IMG/VR virus record: IMGVR_UViG_3300031993_000032
Source: a virus
Taxonomy: Duplodnaviria > Heunggongvirae > Uroviricota > Caudoviricetes
DNA: 41,569 nucleotides
Direction: 5' to 3' (one strand)
The first letter of the stretch is position 1; each line of letters begins with the position of its first letter. Under the pieces are notes generated by a model. The model saw nothing but the letters and a program-made list of their open reading frames with translations. It made no database searches and was not told the DNA's origin. The position numbers were made by a program, and so were the translations under genes. Shown one piece after another: positions 1 through 9,396 of the stretch.

Positions 1-171
1 GTCCGAACTCGCTCTCGGCTGGTGTTCGCCATTATTGGCAGATGGATCGATGAATGGAGCCTGGAACCATACCATCTTTGGGATGCTGATGACGAACTTG
101 AAGGATTCGCCCAGGAAGACACCATTGACGGCGTACGTGTCGTCGCATTCGGTAAATACGGATATTGTTAA
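1..171 (+). CDS. 3' part of a hypothetical phage protein, probable paralog of the two following genes
   Basis: Frame 1 open from base 1 to TAA 169-171; ends DGVRVVAFGKYGYC, matching the NGVVAFGYYGHD end of 181-660. Confidence 0.6.
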   Translation, partial: VRTRSRLVFAIIGRWIDEWSLEPYHLWDADDELEGFAQEDTIDGVRVVAFGKYGYC

Positions 172-180
172 GGAGATATT

Positions 181-660
181 ATGAAGACTATCCGACTGAA
201 CACATTTGAAACCAACTCTTCTTCCACACATGCCATCTGCATGTGTTCCGAGGAAGACTACCAGAAGTTCAAGAACTATGAACTGTTCTGGAAGTGGAGC
301 CACCTCAAAACCGCGGAAGAGCTGTACGACGAGTTCACCAAGCCGTACTCGGCACCGCAATCAGAATGGGAAGACTGGAAGAAGGACGTATGGGAAAATC
401 GTTTCCTCGGAAAGCTTCCTTCGTTCGAACAATTCAAGAAGGCTATCACCACCGAAGGCGAATGGCACTTCATCAATGACGACGATCGTGACAGTTATGG
501 ATCTGACGAAGAATGGATCATTGCCAACATCCACTCGATTCTTGTCGAGGACGAAGTCGCCAATGCAAGCAACTACAACTACAATGGCGACTGGTACTAC
601 GAAACATTCAAGAGTTCGTTCAACGGCGTCGTCGCCTTCGGATACTACGGACACGACTAA
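181..660 (+). CDS. Conserved phage hypothetical protein (FETNSSS N-terminal motif)
   Basis: AGGAG RBS; MKTIRLNTFETNSSSTH start, VAFGYYG end. Confidence 0.85.
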   Translation: MKTIRLNTFETNSSSTHAICMCSEEDYQKFKNYELFWKWSHLKTAEELYDEFTKPYSAPQSEWEDWKKDVWENRFLGKLPSFEQFKKAITTEGEWHFINDDDRDSYGSDEEWIIANIHSILVEDEVANASNYNYNGDWYYETFKSSFNGVVAFGYYGHD

Positions 661-1196
661 TGCGTACAGTTAGAACACATACGTTCGAGACGAATTCCTC
701 TTCGGCGCACTGCTTCGTGACTGCCGACAACGAGGAATTCGCTCGTTTTGTCAACGGAGAGCTGTTCGCCGACGGGTTCGGATACAAGTTCCGCCACGAT
801 GCAAAGCTGATCGACGAAGATGCTGTCTACATGAGGTACGAGAAGTACTTCATCGACTACGTAATCACGATGGACAGCGAGTCAAGGATTTTAAGCAAGG
901 ATACGGTTCTTTGGTTCGTGCGACATCCGGTTGAAATTGCGCCGCTTAGTCAAGGAATCGGCGATGAAGGCAATACCGTCCCGGAAATGCCGGATGCAAT
1001 TTTTAACGAGTGCTATTCCAACCATTGGGGTGTATCGTCGCTCATCTGCTGGCTGGATCAAGAAGAAGCTCCGCTGTCCTATGCTAAACTCGTTGACGAA
1101 ACAAGTAATTTTGAGAATGGCTATGACGGCTACGACAGCGAACCGCCGACCGTGAAGGACGGCAAGACGAGCTGCTACGCCGTTTGGTACTACTAG
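660..1196 (+). CDS. Conserved phage hypothetical protein (FETNSSS family paralog)
   Basis: TAATG overlap with previous gene gives start MRTVRTHTFETNSSSAH; track start at 513 is an over-extension. Confidence 0.8.
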   Translation: MRTVRTHTFETNSSSAHCFVTADNEEFARFVNGELFADGFGYKFRHDAKLIDEDAVYMRYEKYFIDYVITMDSESRILSKDTVLWFVRHPVEIAPLSQGIGDEGNTVPEMPDAIFNECYSNHWGVSSLICWLDQEEAPLSYAKLVDETSNFENGYDGYDSEPPTVKDGKTSCYAVWYY

Positions 1197-1205
1197 GAGA
1201 TATTC

Positions 1206-2111
1206 ATGACACGTGGAAAACTGGTCTACATCGACGAAGAAGGCAACGTATTCGTATCCAACGAATTCAACGGCGACATGTACTACAAGGAAGGGTCGCC
1301 CGGAGAATCCTATGCGGAAGCCCTTGCACAGCTGCCTAGCCATCTAGGCATTGCGGCCATGTCCGATTGGCTCTACGACGTACAGGAACATCTGCACGGA
1401 TACGAGAAGGACGAAGTCCGCTTCATCCACAAAGCCGACGACAAGGTAGACTTGACCAGCAGTTACTATGTGAACAACTGGTTCTCCGACTATCTGTACA
1501 TCAGGAACGACGCCAAGTACTTTACTATCACCAACAGCGACGGTGCCCCGATCGACCTTCCCGAACATACAATTTCTATATTTTGCTTTGGTTGCTTGGA
1601 AAAACAGATAAACATTAGCAATCAGCCAACTACCGAGGACGAAGTGATCGATTCTACAGCAGCTACCGAAGCACACCGCCAGGAAGTCGCACGTAACGTG
1701 CAGGATTTCTGCAGCAAGCTGTCAATGAGGGCGGCTCAGCACGACTTGTCGAAGCTCGTGCCGCCAGAGAAGGCCGGCTTCGACCGTGCCACGCTGAAGC
1801 TCGCTGACATGACCTACGGCTCGCAAGAGTATGCCAAGTCGCTGGAAGACCTTGCGGAGACCCTTGAGCACCATTACGCCCATAACGACCATCATCCGCA
1901 ATACTACAAGAACGGCGTGTCCGGAATGACCCTATACGCCCTTGTCGAAATGTACGAGGACTGGAAGGCCGCCGGTAAGCGTAACAAGGATGGCAATATC
2001 GTCAAGTCCGTCGAACTCAACAAGGACAAGTTCCATATCGACGACCAGCTGTATTCCATCCTACTGAATACGGCAAAACTGGACATGGAAGAGGAAAATA
2101 GCAGCAAATAA
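1206..2111 (+). CDS. Two-domain protein with C-terminal DUF5662-like (HD-related) domain
   Basis: GGAG RBS; HDLSKL...YGSQEY...EHHYAHNDHHPQYY...LVEMYEDWKAA motif. Confidence 0.7.
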   Translation: MTRGKLVYIDEEGNVFVSNEFNGDMYYKEGSPGESYAEALAQLPSHLGIAAMSDWLYDVQEHLHGYEKDEVRFIHKADDKVDLTSSYYVNNWFSDYLYIRNDAKYFTITNSDGAPIDLPEHTISIFCFGCLEKQINISNQPTTEDEVIDSTAATEAHRQEVARNVQDFCSKLSMRAAQHDLSKLVPPEKAGFDRATLKLADMTYGSQEYAKSLEDLAETLEHHYAHNDHHPQYYKNGVSGMTLYALVEMYEDWKAAGKRNKDGNIVKSVELNKDKFHIDDQLYSILLNTAKLDMEEENSSK

Positions 2112-2122
2112 GCTGTTTCCTC

Positions 2123-2151
2123 TTGACAAGACGAGGTAATTAGTATATATT
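2123..2151 (+). promoter_or_regulatory. sigma70-type promoter
   Basis: TTGACA 2123-2128, 17 bp spacer, TATATT 2146-2151. Confidence 0.75.
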
Positions 2152-2160
2152 TCTTGCATT

Positions 2161-2319
2161 ATGATGTGTGTTTTGCTATGTTTACCTCGTGTCAAGAACG
2201 ACTGTGAGTTCTATCGTGGCCCGACAATGGCCGATGACGAATACCCAGTCGTCGATATCCAGTCGAACGAGGTTATTGATGAACCTATTACTAGCGATCC
2301 CGGCGAGAGGGCAGAATAA
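2161..2319 (+). CDS. Possible 52-aa acidic peptide overlapping the glycosyltransferase start
   Basis: MMCVLL...MADDEYPVVDIQSNEVIDEPITSDPGERAE; ATG 9 nt after the -10 box; below the ORF-track cutoff. Confidence 0.3.
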   Translation: MMCVLLCLPRVKNDCEFYRGPTMADDEYPVVDIQSNEVIDEPITSDPGERAE

Positions 2320-3196
2320 GTACCTTCAAGAAATGAAGGACGCTATCCATGCCATGCCGGTAAAGCCTTGCCATGTCCTCTACATGGCCGACCGACCGAC
2401 CGCCAAGGAACGTGTGGAAGCATTGTCGATACTCGACAACGATCCGCTGATCGAATACTATCCCATCACATCGAAACCAGCTTACGTAGGCCGTCCCAAG
2501 ATGACCTACGGTGTCGAGTGGTTCCTTACTGGGCATGTAAGGAACTGCGCCGTTGACTACATCGAGAAGCACCAAGAGATCGATGCAGTAGTCTTCATCG
2601 ACGGAGACTGCATTCCGGAGCCGGACTTGGTCAAGTCCCACATGGCAGTGCTTGACTGCGCCGATCCTAAGGTGTCAGTCGGCAAGCGCAAGGAGGCCAT
2701 GTTCAACTGGAAAGACCAGCGAGAGACCGAAGATGCCCTTGCTAATATCTTCTACGACGTACCAAACGAAGTGTTGTCCGAAGGCATGTTTGTGGATTCT
2801 GGCGTGGTATGGACATGCAACTTCGGCATGAACAAGGCGGCGCTCGGCTACTTGAAACAGCTCAACTGTACTCTGTACGGGCGTGAGGAGACCTTCTGCA
2901 GCGAATTCCTCGGTACGTGGGGCGGAGAGGACGGCTTCATCGGTATAGAGTGCTACTATACTGGCGTCCCGGTTATCGCTCTGGAACACGGCAACAACGG
3001 AATACGTCACAAGTACCATATCAGGGACAAGTCTAAGTATGATCACATCGCCTTTATAGATTTCCTAGAGAAAAACCGTGAACGGCTTCTATATCTGCTG
3101 GACTTGTACAACATGAACGTCCGCCACTGCAAATTTATCCGAAGAGAGGATCTGATCGAGTTCGGATACGACTTCAATCAAAATAAACTAAAGTAA
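2279..3196 (+). CDS. GT-A fold (family 2-like) glycosyltransferase
   Basis: N-terminal LLLAIP strand, VVFIDGDCIP DxD motif, TCNFG and GTWGGED C-terminal motifs; GAGG RBS before ATG 2279. Confidence 0.8.
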   Translation: MNLLLAIPARGQNKYLQEMKDAIHAMPVKPCHVLYMADRPTAKERVEALSILDNDPLIEYYPITSKPAYVGRPKMTYGVEWFLTGHVRNCAVDYIEKHQEIDAVVFIDGDCIPEPDLVKSHMAVLDCADPKVSVGKRKEAMFNWKDQRETEDALANIFYDVPNEVLSEGMFVDSGVVWTCNFGMNKAALGYLKQLNCTLYGREETFCSEFLGTWGGEDGFIGIECYYTGVPVIALEHGNNGIRHKYHIRDKSKYDHIAFIDFLEKNRERLLYLLDLYNMNVRHCKFIRREDLIEFGYDFNQNKLK

Positions 3197-3197
3197 T

Positions 3198-3404
3198 ATG
3201 TTCTTTGATTTATCCAAAATAGGCGAATGGCTCGGTAAGAAATTGTCCCCGAATCCGGAGGAACTTACAGATGACGACTTGCAGAAACTACGCAAGGAGG
3301 ATTTAATCCTCGTCGTTAAGGAACTCCAGTACAAGAACAAGACTCTTGCCAAACAGCGGAAACAGCTGTCCGACAAGCTGTACGACATCTTCCTCAAGCT
3401 CTAG
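3198..3404 (+). CDS. Small coiled-coil hypothetical protein
   Basis: ORF 1 nt after upstream stop; heptad-rich C-terminus. Confidence 0.65.
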   Translation: MFFDLSKIGEWLGKKLSPNPEELTDDDLQKLRKEDLILVVKELQYKNKTLAKQRKQLSDKLYDIFLKL

Positions 3405-3440
3405 CTGGATAAACTGCTTGCAGCTTCAAAAGGATTAATC

Positions 3441-4574
3441 ATGCCTAATAAATGGCTCAATTGTGCCATACCTGGAGTGGCATTGACCACGTGCATAGGT
3501 TCGGTGTACTGCTGGTCTCAGTTCGCCGCCAACTTGATGGAGACCTTCGCTCTGACTAGGTTCCAGACTGACATCGGCTTCATGTTAATCATCTTCTTCC
3601 TCGGTATGTGCGCCGCAGCTTTCGGGCGTGTCATCGAGAAGAATCCAAGACTCGGTGCGTGGTTGTCCACCGCAGTGTTCATAACTGGCTTCATGATGCT
3701 GGGAACTGCAGTCGCTGTCGGATCCGTACCAGCCTTCTACATTTCCACGGCGATCATCGGAGCTGGCACTGGCATAGGATATGTCACACCAGTCAAGACG
3801 CTGATGGCTTTCTTCAGCGACCATAAGGGACTCGCGTCGGGGCTCGCCATAACAGGCTTCGGTCTGGCGAAGTTCATAGCCTCTCCAGTAATCGAGTGGC
3901 TACTCGCCAATGTTAGCCTATCCAACATGTTCTTCATAATGGGCGGAATCTATGCCGCAGTGATGGTCGCATCGTCGATGCTTCTGCGTAAGTATCCGTA
4001 CAGCGTGACCGAAGAGAAGTACGACAACGGATTCGAGTACTCCTACATACTGAAGAGCAAAGAATGGTGGTCGATCTGGTTCATGTTCATGACCAACATA
4101 TCGTGCGGACTAGCTATTATCTCACAAGAGAAGGGACTGCTTACCGCACTTGGTATCTCGGCTATCGCAATGGTTCTGTCCGGAACCGCACTGTCCAACG
4201 CCGGTGGCCGTCTCGGATTTTCGTCGATTTCGGACAAGATAGGAAGGAAGGCAGCATACCACTTTGTATGTAGTTTCGGAATCCTCGGTGCTGTGTTCTG
4301 TATTACCGGGAGCCCTATGTTGTCCGTAATAGGCATACTTCTGTGCGAGGCCGCATACGGCGGAAACTTCAGTGTACTTCCTAGCTTGTTGGCAAAACGG
4401 TTCGGAATGGCTAACGCATCACGTGTACACTCGATGACTCTGACTGGCTGGAGCTTCGGAGGAATCTTCGGCCCGTTGCTCGCCAATACGTTTACTGGCA
4501 ACTCTCTGTACATCGTTCTGGCCGTTCTGTACTTCATCGCATTCACGGTCATGGAAATGAACGTGAAGAAGTAA
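3441..4574 (+). CDS. MFS transporter, oxalate/formate antiporter (OFA, OxlT/YhjX-like) family
   Basis: About 12 hydrophobic segments; GSVYCWS, GIGYVTPV, KGLASGLAITGFG, GRLGFSSISDKIGRK, YGGNFSVLP motifs. Confidence 0.85.
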   Translation: MPNKWLNCAIPGVALTTCIGSVYCWSQFAANLMETFALTRFQTDIGFMLIIFFLGMCAAAFGRVIEKNPRLGAWLSTAVFITGFMMLGTAVAVGSVPAFYISTAIIGAGTGIGYVTPVKTLMAFFSDHKGLASGLAITGFGLAKFIASPVIEWLLANVSLSNMFFIMGGIYAAVMVASSMLLRKYPYSVTEEKYDNGFEYSYILKSKEWWSIWFMFMTNISCGLAIISQEKGLLTALGISAIAMVLSGTALSNAGGRLGFSSISDKIGRKAAYHFVCSFGILGAVFCITGSPMLSVIGILLCEAAYGGNFSVLPSLLAKRFGMANASRVHSMTLTGWSFGGIFGPLLANTFTGNSLYIVLAVLYFIAFTVMEMNVKK

Positions 4575-4657
4575 ACGAACTTTACATAACTATGCCACAT
4601 ACCGACTGGCCAAAACCAGTCGTTTTTGCTATATTTCGGCACATGGAAAATGTCAAT

Positions 4658-5845
4658 ATGAATTACGTAAAGTCCGGATCGGTATACACTCCGATTGGCA
4701 GCCTCCGAGAAGTTACGAACATTCTCGAACCCCATGTCTATCAGATCATCATGCCGCCCATGTCGGGAGCCAAGCTTGAAATTGTCGATAACATCGATTT
4801 GTCCGTCCCAAAGAAAGTCTATGGCAAGGTTCCGTCCCAAGTGATCAAGGGCTTTGCCGCATATGACAGACGTCCACGCAACACTGGCATCCTCTTGTCC
4901 GGCGAACGTGGCATGGGCAAGACCTTGTTCATCCGCATAGCGATGAACGAAGCCCTCAAGAGAGAGATTCCAGTCATCATCCTTAGCCGTACCAAGAGCC
5001 TCGAAGCCTATGTCGGACTCATCAACAGCATCACGCAGCCTGTTCTCGTGGTGATGGACGAGTTCGAGAAGAACTTCGACACGGACGACAAGAGCGAAGA
5101 CCAGGGAACGTTCCTCTCTATGCTCGACGGTCTAGGATCCAGCCAGAAGCGCATGTTCATCGCTTCTGTCAACTACCGTCACAAAATTTCCCAGTTCATG
5201 ATCAACCGTCCGGGCCGCTTCTACTACCACTTTGAGTTCAAGCCGCTGTCCGACGTGGAAATGATCGAGTACTTGACCAACGAGACCACTGGCGTCGACC
5301 AGAAGTCCATCAAGTACGCTGTCCAGATCATGCAGAACTATCCGATAAACTACGACGGCCTTTCCGCCATCGCAGCCGAACTCAACGCCGGTATCGACAT
5401 CAACGAGACCTTGCGTGACTTGAACCTCGACCGTATCGGCGTGTCTGCTCTGCAGTGCAACGTGAACATCAACGGATACGAATACTCTGGTACGCTGAAC
5501 ATGAGCATCGACTCTCTCCAAGCAAGGGAGACTGTCGGTATCGACATGCGCAGCGTGAAGTACGTCGGTTCTACGTCCAAGATCAAGCCGTCAACGAATG
5601 GATTCATCGGAAACGAAATCTCTATATATCTCTCCGTGGTCAAGATGACGATGGACGAGACCGGCATCGTGCGTTTGAACGTGGACGAAAGCCTCGACTA
5701 CATCTACTTGGAAGAAAGCATTCCGCATCCGACCAAGAAGGGCGACACCATCTGCTGCCTTCACATGAAGGACATCAAGAGCGTGTCGGAAATCAGCATC
5801 CGTCCGAAGCCGATCCGTTCGGCTCCGATGTATCTCACTGTCTAA
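4658..5845 (+). CDS. AAA+ family ATPase
   Basis: Walker A GERGMGKT, Walker B VVMDEFEK, LSMLDG, NRPGRF arginine finger; start moved to MNYVKS downstream of a TTTTGCTATATT -10-like box. Confidence 0.85.
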   Translation: MNYVKSGSVYTPIGSLREVTNILEPHVYQIIMPPMSGAKLEIVDNIDLSVPKKVYGKVPSQVIKGFAAYDRRPRNTGILLSGERGMGKTLFIRIAMNEALKREIPVIILSRTKSLEAYVGLINSITQPVLVVMDEFEKNFDTDDKSEDQGTFLSMLDGLGSSQKRMFIASVNYRHKISQFMINRPGRFYYHFEFKPLSDVEMIEYLTNETTGVDQKSIKYAVQIMQNYPINYDGLSAIAAELNAGIDINETLRDLNLDRIGVSALQCNVNINGYEYSGTLNMSIDSLQARETVGIDMRSVKYVGSTSKIKPSTNGFIGNEISIYLSVVKMTMDETGIVRLNVDESLDYIYLEESIPHPTKKGDTICCLHMKDIKSVSEISIRPKPIRSAPMYLTV

Positions 5846-5965
5846 GGTACGTTGAAGCTAAATAGCCGTCTAACAAGACGACTTGATATTGTAACGAGTT
5901 TGACACGGTCTTATTCAAGGAAACAGTCTGGTTCATGAAGTCACCGACGTCTATACCCAGTTTCC

Positions 5966-5994
5966 TTGACATTAATCGATAAATAAACTAATTT
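5966..5994 (+). promoter_or_regulatory. sigma70-type promoter
   Basis: TTGACA-N17-TAATTT. Confidence 0.55.
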
Positions 5995-6013
5995 GCAACT
6001 CAGAAGGAACAAT

Positions 6014-6190
6014 ATGTTCAAGCGAGTTGCATTTTTTGTTATAGCCATGATACTGATCGCTTTCCTTGCGTTCAGCGTCTTTGCGCTGTTCAACTACGAT
6101 GAACCTGACTGCTACGTCGGCTTACCCGGCTGTGCCATATTCGGGGCAATCCTATGCGACTGGCTGCTGGACAAGTTCAACAAGTTTTGA
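6014..6190 (+). CDS. Small membrane protein
   Basis: AAGGA RBS; two hydrophobic segments. Confidence 0.7.
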   Translation: MFKRVAFFVIAMILIAFLAFSVFALFNYDEPDCYVGLPGCAIFGAILCDWLLDKFNKF

Positions 6191-6197
6191 GGTTCGG

Positions 6198-6635
6198 ATG
6201 AAGTTTACTCTAAAAGCATACAGCGATCTCGGTAGATACAGCATGGGCACCTTTCTGGACGAGTTTGATACGGACACCTACAAGATACTCGATAGGGGCA
6301 AGGAAGTCACTATCCGTTCCGTAGAGGACTTGTTCCCCTACCTATGGCAGTCACCTGGCGTAGCCTTCCATTCCGAAGGCAAGCACGTCGCCGATTTCTG
6401 CGGTACGGGTACACACTGGCACCATGACTTTGACGACAGCATCCTTGAATACGAAAAGGACATCCGCAAGCTGGAGAAGAAGGTAGACAAGGCCACTACT
6501 CCCAGAAAGAAAGAAAAGTACCAAAAAGAATTGGACTGGACGGTAAAGCATGCACATAGCTTAAAGGACATGCTGAAACGTCTGGACACCGAAATGGAAG
6601 AAATGAAACAGAAGCTGATCGAGGAGAACAAGTGA
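6198..6635 (+). CDS. Hypothetical protein with coiled-coil C-terminus
   Basis: GAGG RBS before MKFTLKAYS; typical codon usage. Confidence 0.75.
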   Translation: MKFTLKAYSDLGRYSMGTFLDEFDTDTYKILDRGKEVTIRSVEDLFPYLWQSPGVAFHSEGKHVADFCGTGTHWHHDFDDSILEYEKDIRKLEKKVDKATTPRKKEKYQKELDWTVKHAHSLKDMLKRLDTEMEEMKQKLIEENK

Positions 6636-7039
6636 CCCAGTTTCTCGTATCAATTTACCGAAAGGCTTTTATAGACACGTTGCCGATGGTAAAGTTCCCT
6701 CTGACCCATGCAATGTGCGACAAGAACGACTACGAGAACCTTGAAGGCGATGACGTACTCGTCATGCTGCAAGTGCGATACGGAAAGCTCATGTCGGTCG
6801 TCATCTACCAGGAAACTGCAGAAGGCGAGATCCGTGTGTTCTCGTTCGAGGTTACGTCGGACTGCCACCTTCTCGACTTCGGCACCAACGCCATGAACGA
6901 ACTCAAGACGGGCTATAAATTCATAACATTGAACAGCTTGCCGGAAAGCAAGATATTCTACGAGAAGCAAGGTTTCGATCCTAACGGAGAGAACTCCTAC
7001 ATCTGGAGACGCCATGATACGAGACCTTATTTTCTTTAA
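6632..7039 (+). CDS. GNAT-fold acetyltransferase-like protein
   Basis: GTGA overlap start; FEV...FGTNAMNEL...ITLNSLPESKIFYEKQGF matches GNAT motifs A/B. Confidence 0.65.
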   Translation: MTQFLVSIYRKAFIDTLPMVKFPLTHAMCDKNDYENLEGDDVLVMLQVRYGKLMSVVIYQETAEGEIRVFSFEVTSDCHLLDFGTNAMNELKTGYKFITLNSLPESKIFYEKQGFDPNGENSYIWRRHDTRPYFL

Positions 7040-7355
7040 AACCGTCGAGGACTTGGAAGAGCTCACCGGGCTGTCCAGAAACGAGCTGTGGGAACACGGC
7101 GCTAATCTCGACGACTGGGACTACGGCTTCTGTTGTACGCAACAGCTCCACAAGGAAGTCACCGAGGAGAAGGAGAAGTACGAGATCGACCCTTGGGACA
7201 AGCCAGCCGAAGACGGCAAGTATTACAAAACATACAACACTTACGACTACGACGACCCCACATGCCAGCTGATGCAGAGCGCCGAGAACTACTGCGTCGG
7301 ATGGAACCACTTCACCATAGACGGAAAGCACTACTACACGGTACACCACGCATAA
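7014..7355 (+). CDS. Hypothetical protein
   Basis: Acidic/aromatic phage-type ORF, typical codon usage. Confidence 0.7.
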   Translation: MIRDLIFFKTVEDLEELTGLSRNELWEHGANLDDWDYGFCCTQQLHKEVTEEKEKYEIDPWDKPAEDGKYYKTYNTYDYDDPTCQLMQSAENYCVGWNHFTIDGKHYYTVHHA

Positions 7356-7371
7356 CCGCACACTAGGCAAG

Positions 7372-7400
7372 TTGACAGACAATGGCCTTTTTGCTATATT
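7372..7400 (+). promoter_or_regulatory. sigma70-type promoter (probably leaderless transcript)
   Basis: TTGACA 7372-7377, N17, TATATT 7395-7400; ATG at 7408 with no SD. Confidence 0.75.
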
Positions 7401-7407
7401 CTGATAC

Positions 7408-7665
7408 ATGGAAAAGCTATATATTCTCATGTACCGTCAAATTCAGTTCACTGGTAAAGGTGATCCGTCCCACTGGAGCGAAACTATCATCGCCCAGTCC
7501 ACAGACAAGGCTTTCATCGACAAGATCGTCAAGGACAACAACCTTGCACTCGGCGACATCAACGACAGCTATGACTTCAATCACACTTACTTCGTCAAGG
7601 AAATGGACATACCGTTCATCAACAAGTACGTATTCAACCTCTATCACCTCAAGAGACCGCAATAA
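7408..7665 (+). CDS. Hypothetical protein
   Basis: ORF directly after promoter, TAATG-coupled to next gene. Confidence 0.75.
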   Translation: MEKLYILMYRQIQFTGKGDPSHWSETIIAQSTDKAFIDKIVKDNNLALGDINDSYDFNHTYFVKEMDIPFINKYVFNLYHLKRPQ

Positions 7666-8012
7666 TGGAAGTGTTTGTTATTGTCGTCTTCTTGGGATGG
7701 CTGTATATTATTATAACGACACCAAAGCAAGTTGACTGCTTACCTCTATTTGCGTTTTCTTGCTTATTGCCAGTACCAGTTGTCGTAGTTTCTCGTTGGA
7801 TATACAAGGCGAAGTATGACCAAGAGTTCATCAAGGAATGGATACTAGATCACAAGCCTACATGCCATGATGAAACAATCGAATGTATGAATGATAGGAT
7901 ACAATGGTACAAGGATTCATTACGCTACATCGTTCCATTTGATTACCAAAAGAAGGTCTGTATCGACTCGCTCAAGAACGAGCTGAACCGTTTTGAAGGA
8001 AACCCCAAATGA
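7665..8012 (+). CDS. Membrane-anchored hypothetical protein
   Basis: Two N-terminal hydrophobic segments. Confidence 0.7.
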   Translation: MEVFVIVVFLGWLYIIITTPKQVDCLPLFAFSCLLPVPVVVVSRWIYKAKYDQEFIKEWILDHKPTCHDETIECMNDRIQWYKDSLRYIVPFDYQKKVCIDSLKNELNRFEGNPK

Positions 8013-8632
8013 ATTACCTAGAAAAGCGTACTATCGAAAAGTTTGAGATCATCAAGCAGTGGGCTGTATGCGACCAGCCGAGCCAGAACCGCTATAAGCA
8101 ACTGGTAGATGCCGCAGTCAAAGCGAAGCGCAGCAAGAAGCACCGCCATCTCGATACGGACTATTCCGAAGAAGAACGGAAGCTCATGGATATCTTCTAT
8201 CTCATGATCTTAGACAGCAAGTCGTTCAACGACGAGCCGAACCCTTCGATGGGATACTTTGACACCGTGGACGATTTTGCCGTTGACGCATTCTATTACG
8301 AAGGCTACTTGCGGTTCAGACTGTCCGTCGGCTGTGGATCCTACATGACGTGCGAATACGTCCGTACGGTTCCCAAGGAGCTGACTGTGTATTCCTACGA
8401 CCACCTTCTCGAACTAATCAACCTCAAGTACCGCATCTTCAAGAAGCATGCGGATGCGATCGAGAAGAAAACCAAGGAGGCGCAAGCTCGCCAAGCCGAG
8501 CTGCAGAAGACGCTTGCCGCCGTCGATACGGCGAACACGCTGATGTCCATTTTCGGACTTCACTTGGACGAGAAGTCCGAACAGAAGGTTATCGAATGGC
8601 GAAAAGAACTTGAACAAGTAAAACAGGTATAA
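8009..8632 (+). CDS. Hypothetical protein
   Basis: ATGA overlap, AAGGA RBS. Confidence 0.75.
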   Translation: MNYLEKRTIEKFEIIKQWAVCDQPSQNRYKQLVDAAVKAKRSKKHRHLDTDYSEEERKLMDIFYLMILDSKSFNDEPNPSMGYFDTVDDFAVDAFYYEGYLRFRLSVGCGSYMTCEYVRTVPKELTVYSYDHLLELINLKYRIFKKHADAIEKKTKEAQARQAELQKTLAAVDTANTLMSIFGLHLDEKSEQKVIEWRKELEQVKQV

Positions 8633-8633
8633 T

Positions 8634-8906
8634 ATGAACATTGTATTTGTCTTGGTCATGATGATGACTGTTGGCGGAATCAACACCGACTTGACATTCA
8701 ATACTCTTCAGCAGTGCGAGGTTGTTGCTGCTACCGCAAAGGAGAACGGAATCGAGCGTGCGTTCTGTATTGAAAAGCAAGTAAAGAAGAAAAAGCTGAA
8801 CTGCAAGATCGAGAACCGAACGGACTACTATAGCGGCCACGCTGGCAACAATCACAACATGGACGGATATCCGTATCCGGTCGGAATTAGCTGCGTAGAG
8901 GAATAG
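8634..8906 (+). CDS. Small Cys-containing, possibly exported protein
   Basis: Hydrophobic N-terminus; FNTLQQCE...AFC motif. Confidence 0.65.
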   Translation: MNIVFVLVMMMTVGGINTDLTFNTLQQCEVVAATAKENGIERAFCIEKQVKKKKLNCKIENRTDYYSGHAGNNHNMDGYPYPVGISCVEE

Positions 8907-8907
8907 T

Positions 8908-9396
8908 ATGCCAGTAGGATTCTCAATCTTCGACGACATTTATGGTCATGTCGACAAGATGACATTAAACAACATGTCCGAGAAGGAACTTCTCGAACGT
9001 GCCGAATGGATTGCCCAAGACATGGAGCGTCGTAGTATCATCAGCGATGATGAATTGGCGACGTTACGCATGCGTTCAACGCAAGACGCCGACTTGTATG
9101 CCGAACGATGGGGATCTAAAATCCATAACCTTAGTTATGTGCAGCACTTTGCCCAGTGTATCAAGATCGCTTGGAAGAAATACATCGCAATCTTGCTGGC
9201 CAGTCCAGACTGGTACACTAAAGCGACTATGCAACTGACCGAGGACAACCGCCTGACGATCATCGACCGCCTGACGATCATCGACTTGCCGAGCGACGAG
9301 CTGCAGAGCATTTATCATATATGCGTCAAGCGAATTGACAAACTTTTGAACCAAACAGATATGATGGAAACCGATGAAGAAGAATCCGACAAGTAA
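8908..9396 (+). CDS. Hypothetical protein
   Basis: GAGGA RBS; contains RLTIID duplication. Confidence 0.7.
   Translation: MPVGFSIFDDIYGHVDKMTLNNMSEKELLERAEWIAQDMERRSIISDDELATLRMRSTQDADLYAERWGSKIHNLSYVQHFAQCIKIAWKKYIAILLASPDWYTKATMQLTEDNRLTIIDRLTIIDLPSDELQSIYHICVKRIDKLLNQTDMMETDEEESDK
9250..9285 (+). repeat. Perfect 18-bp tandem duplication (CGCCTGACGATCATCGAC x2)
   Basis: Seen directly; in frame RLTIID-RLTIID. Confidence 0.95.

Noticed and set aside
4133-4140. GGGACTGC on the plus strand
   Set aside because: Inside the MFS CDS, lacks leading C, upstream ACTG and downstream TAT; chance match
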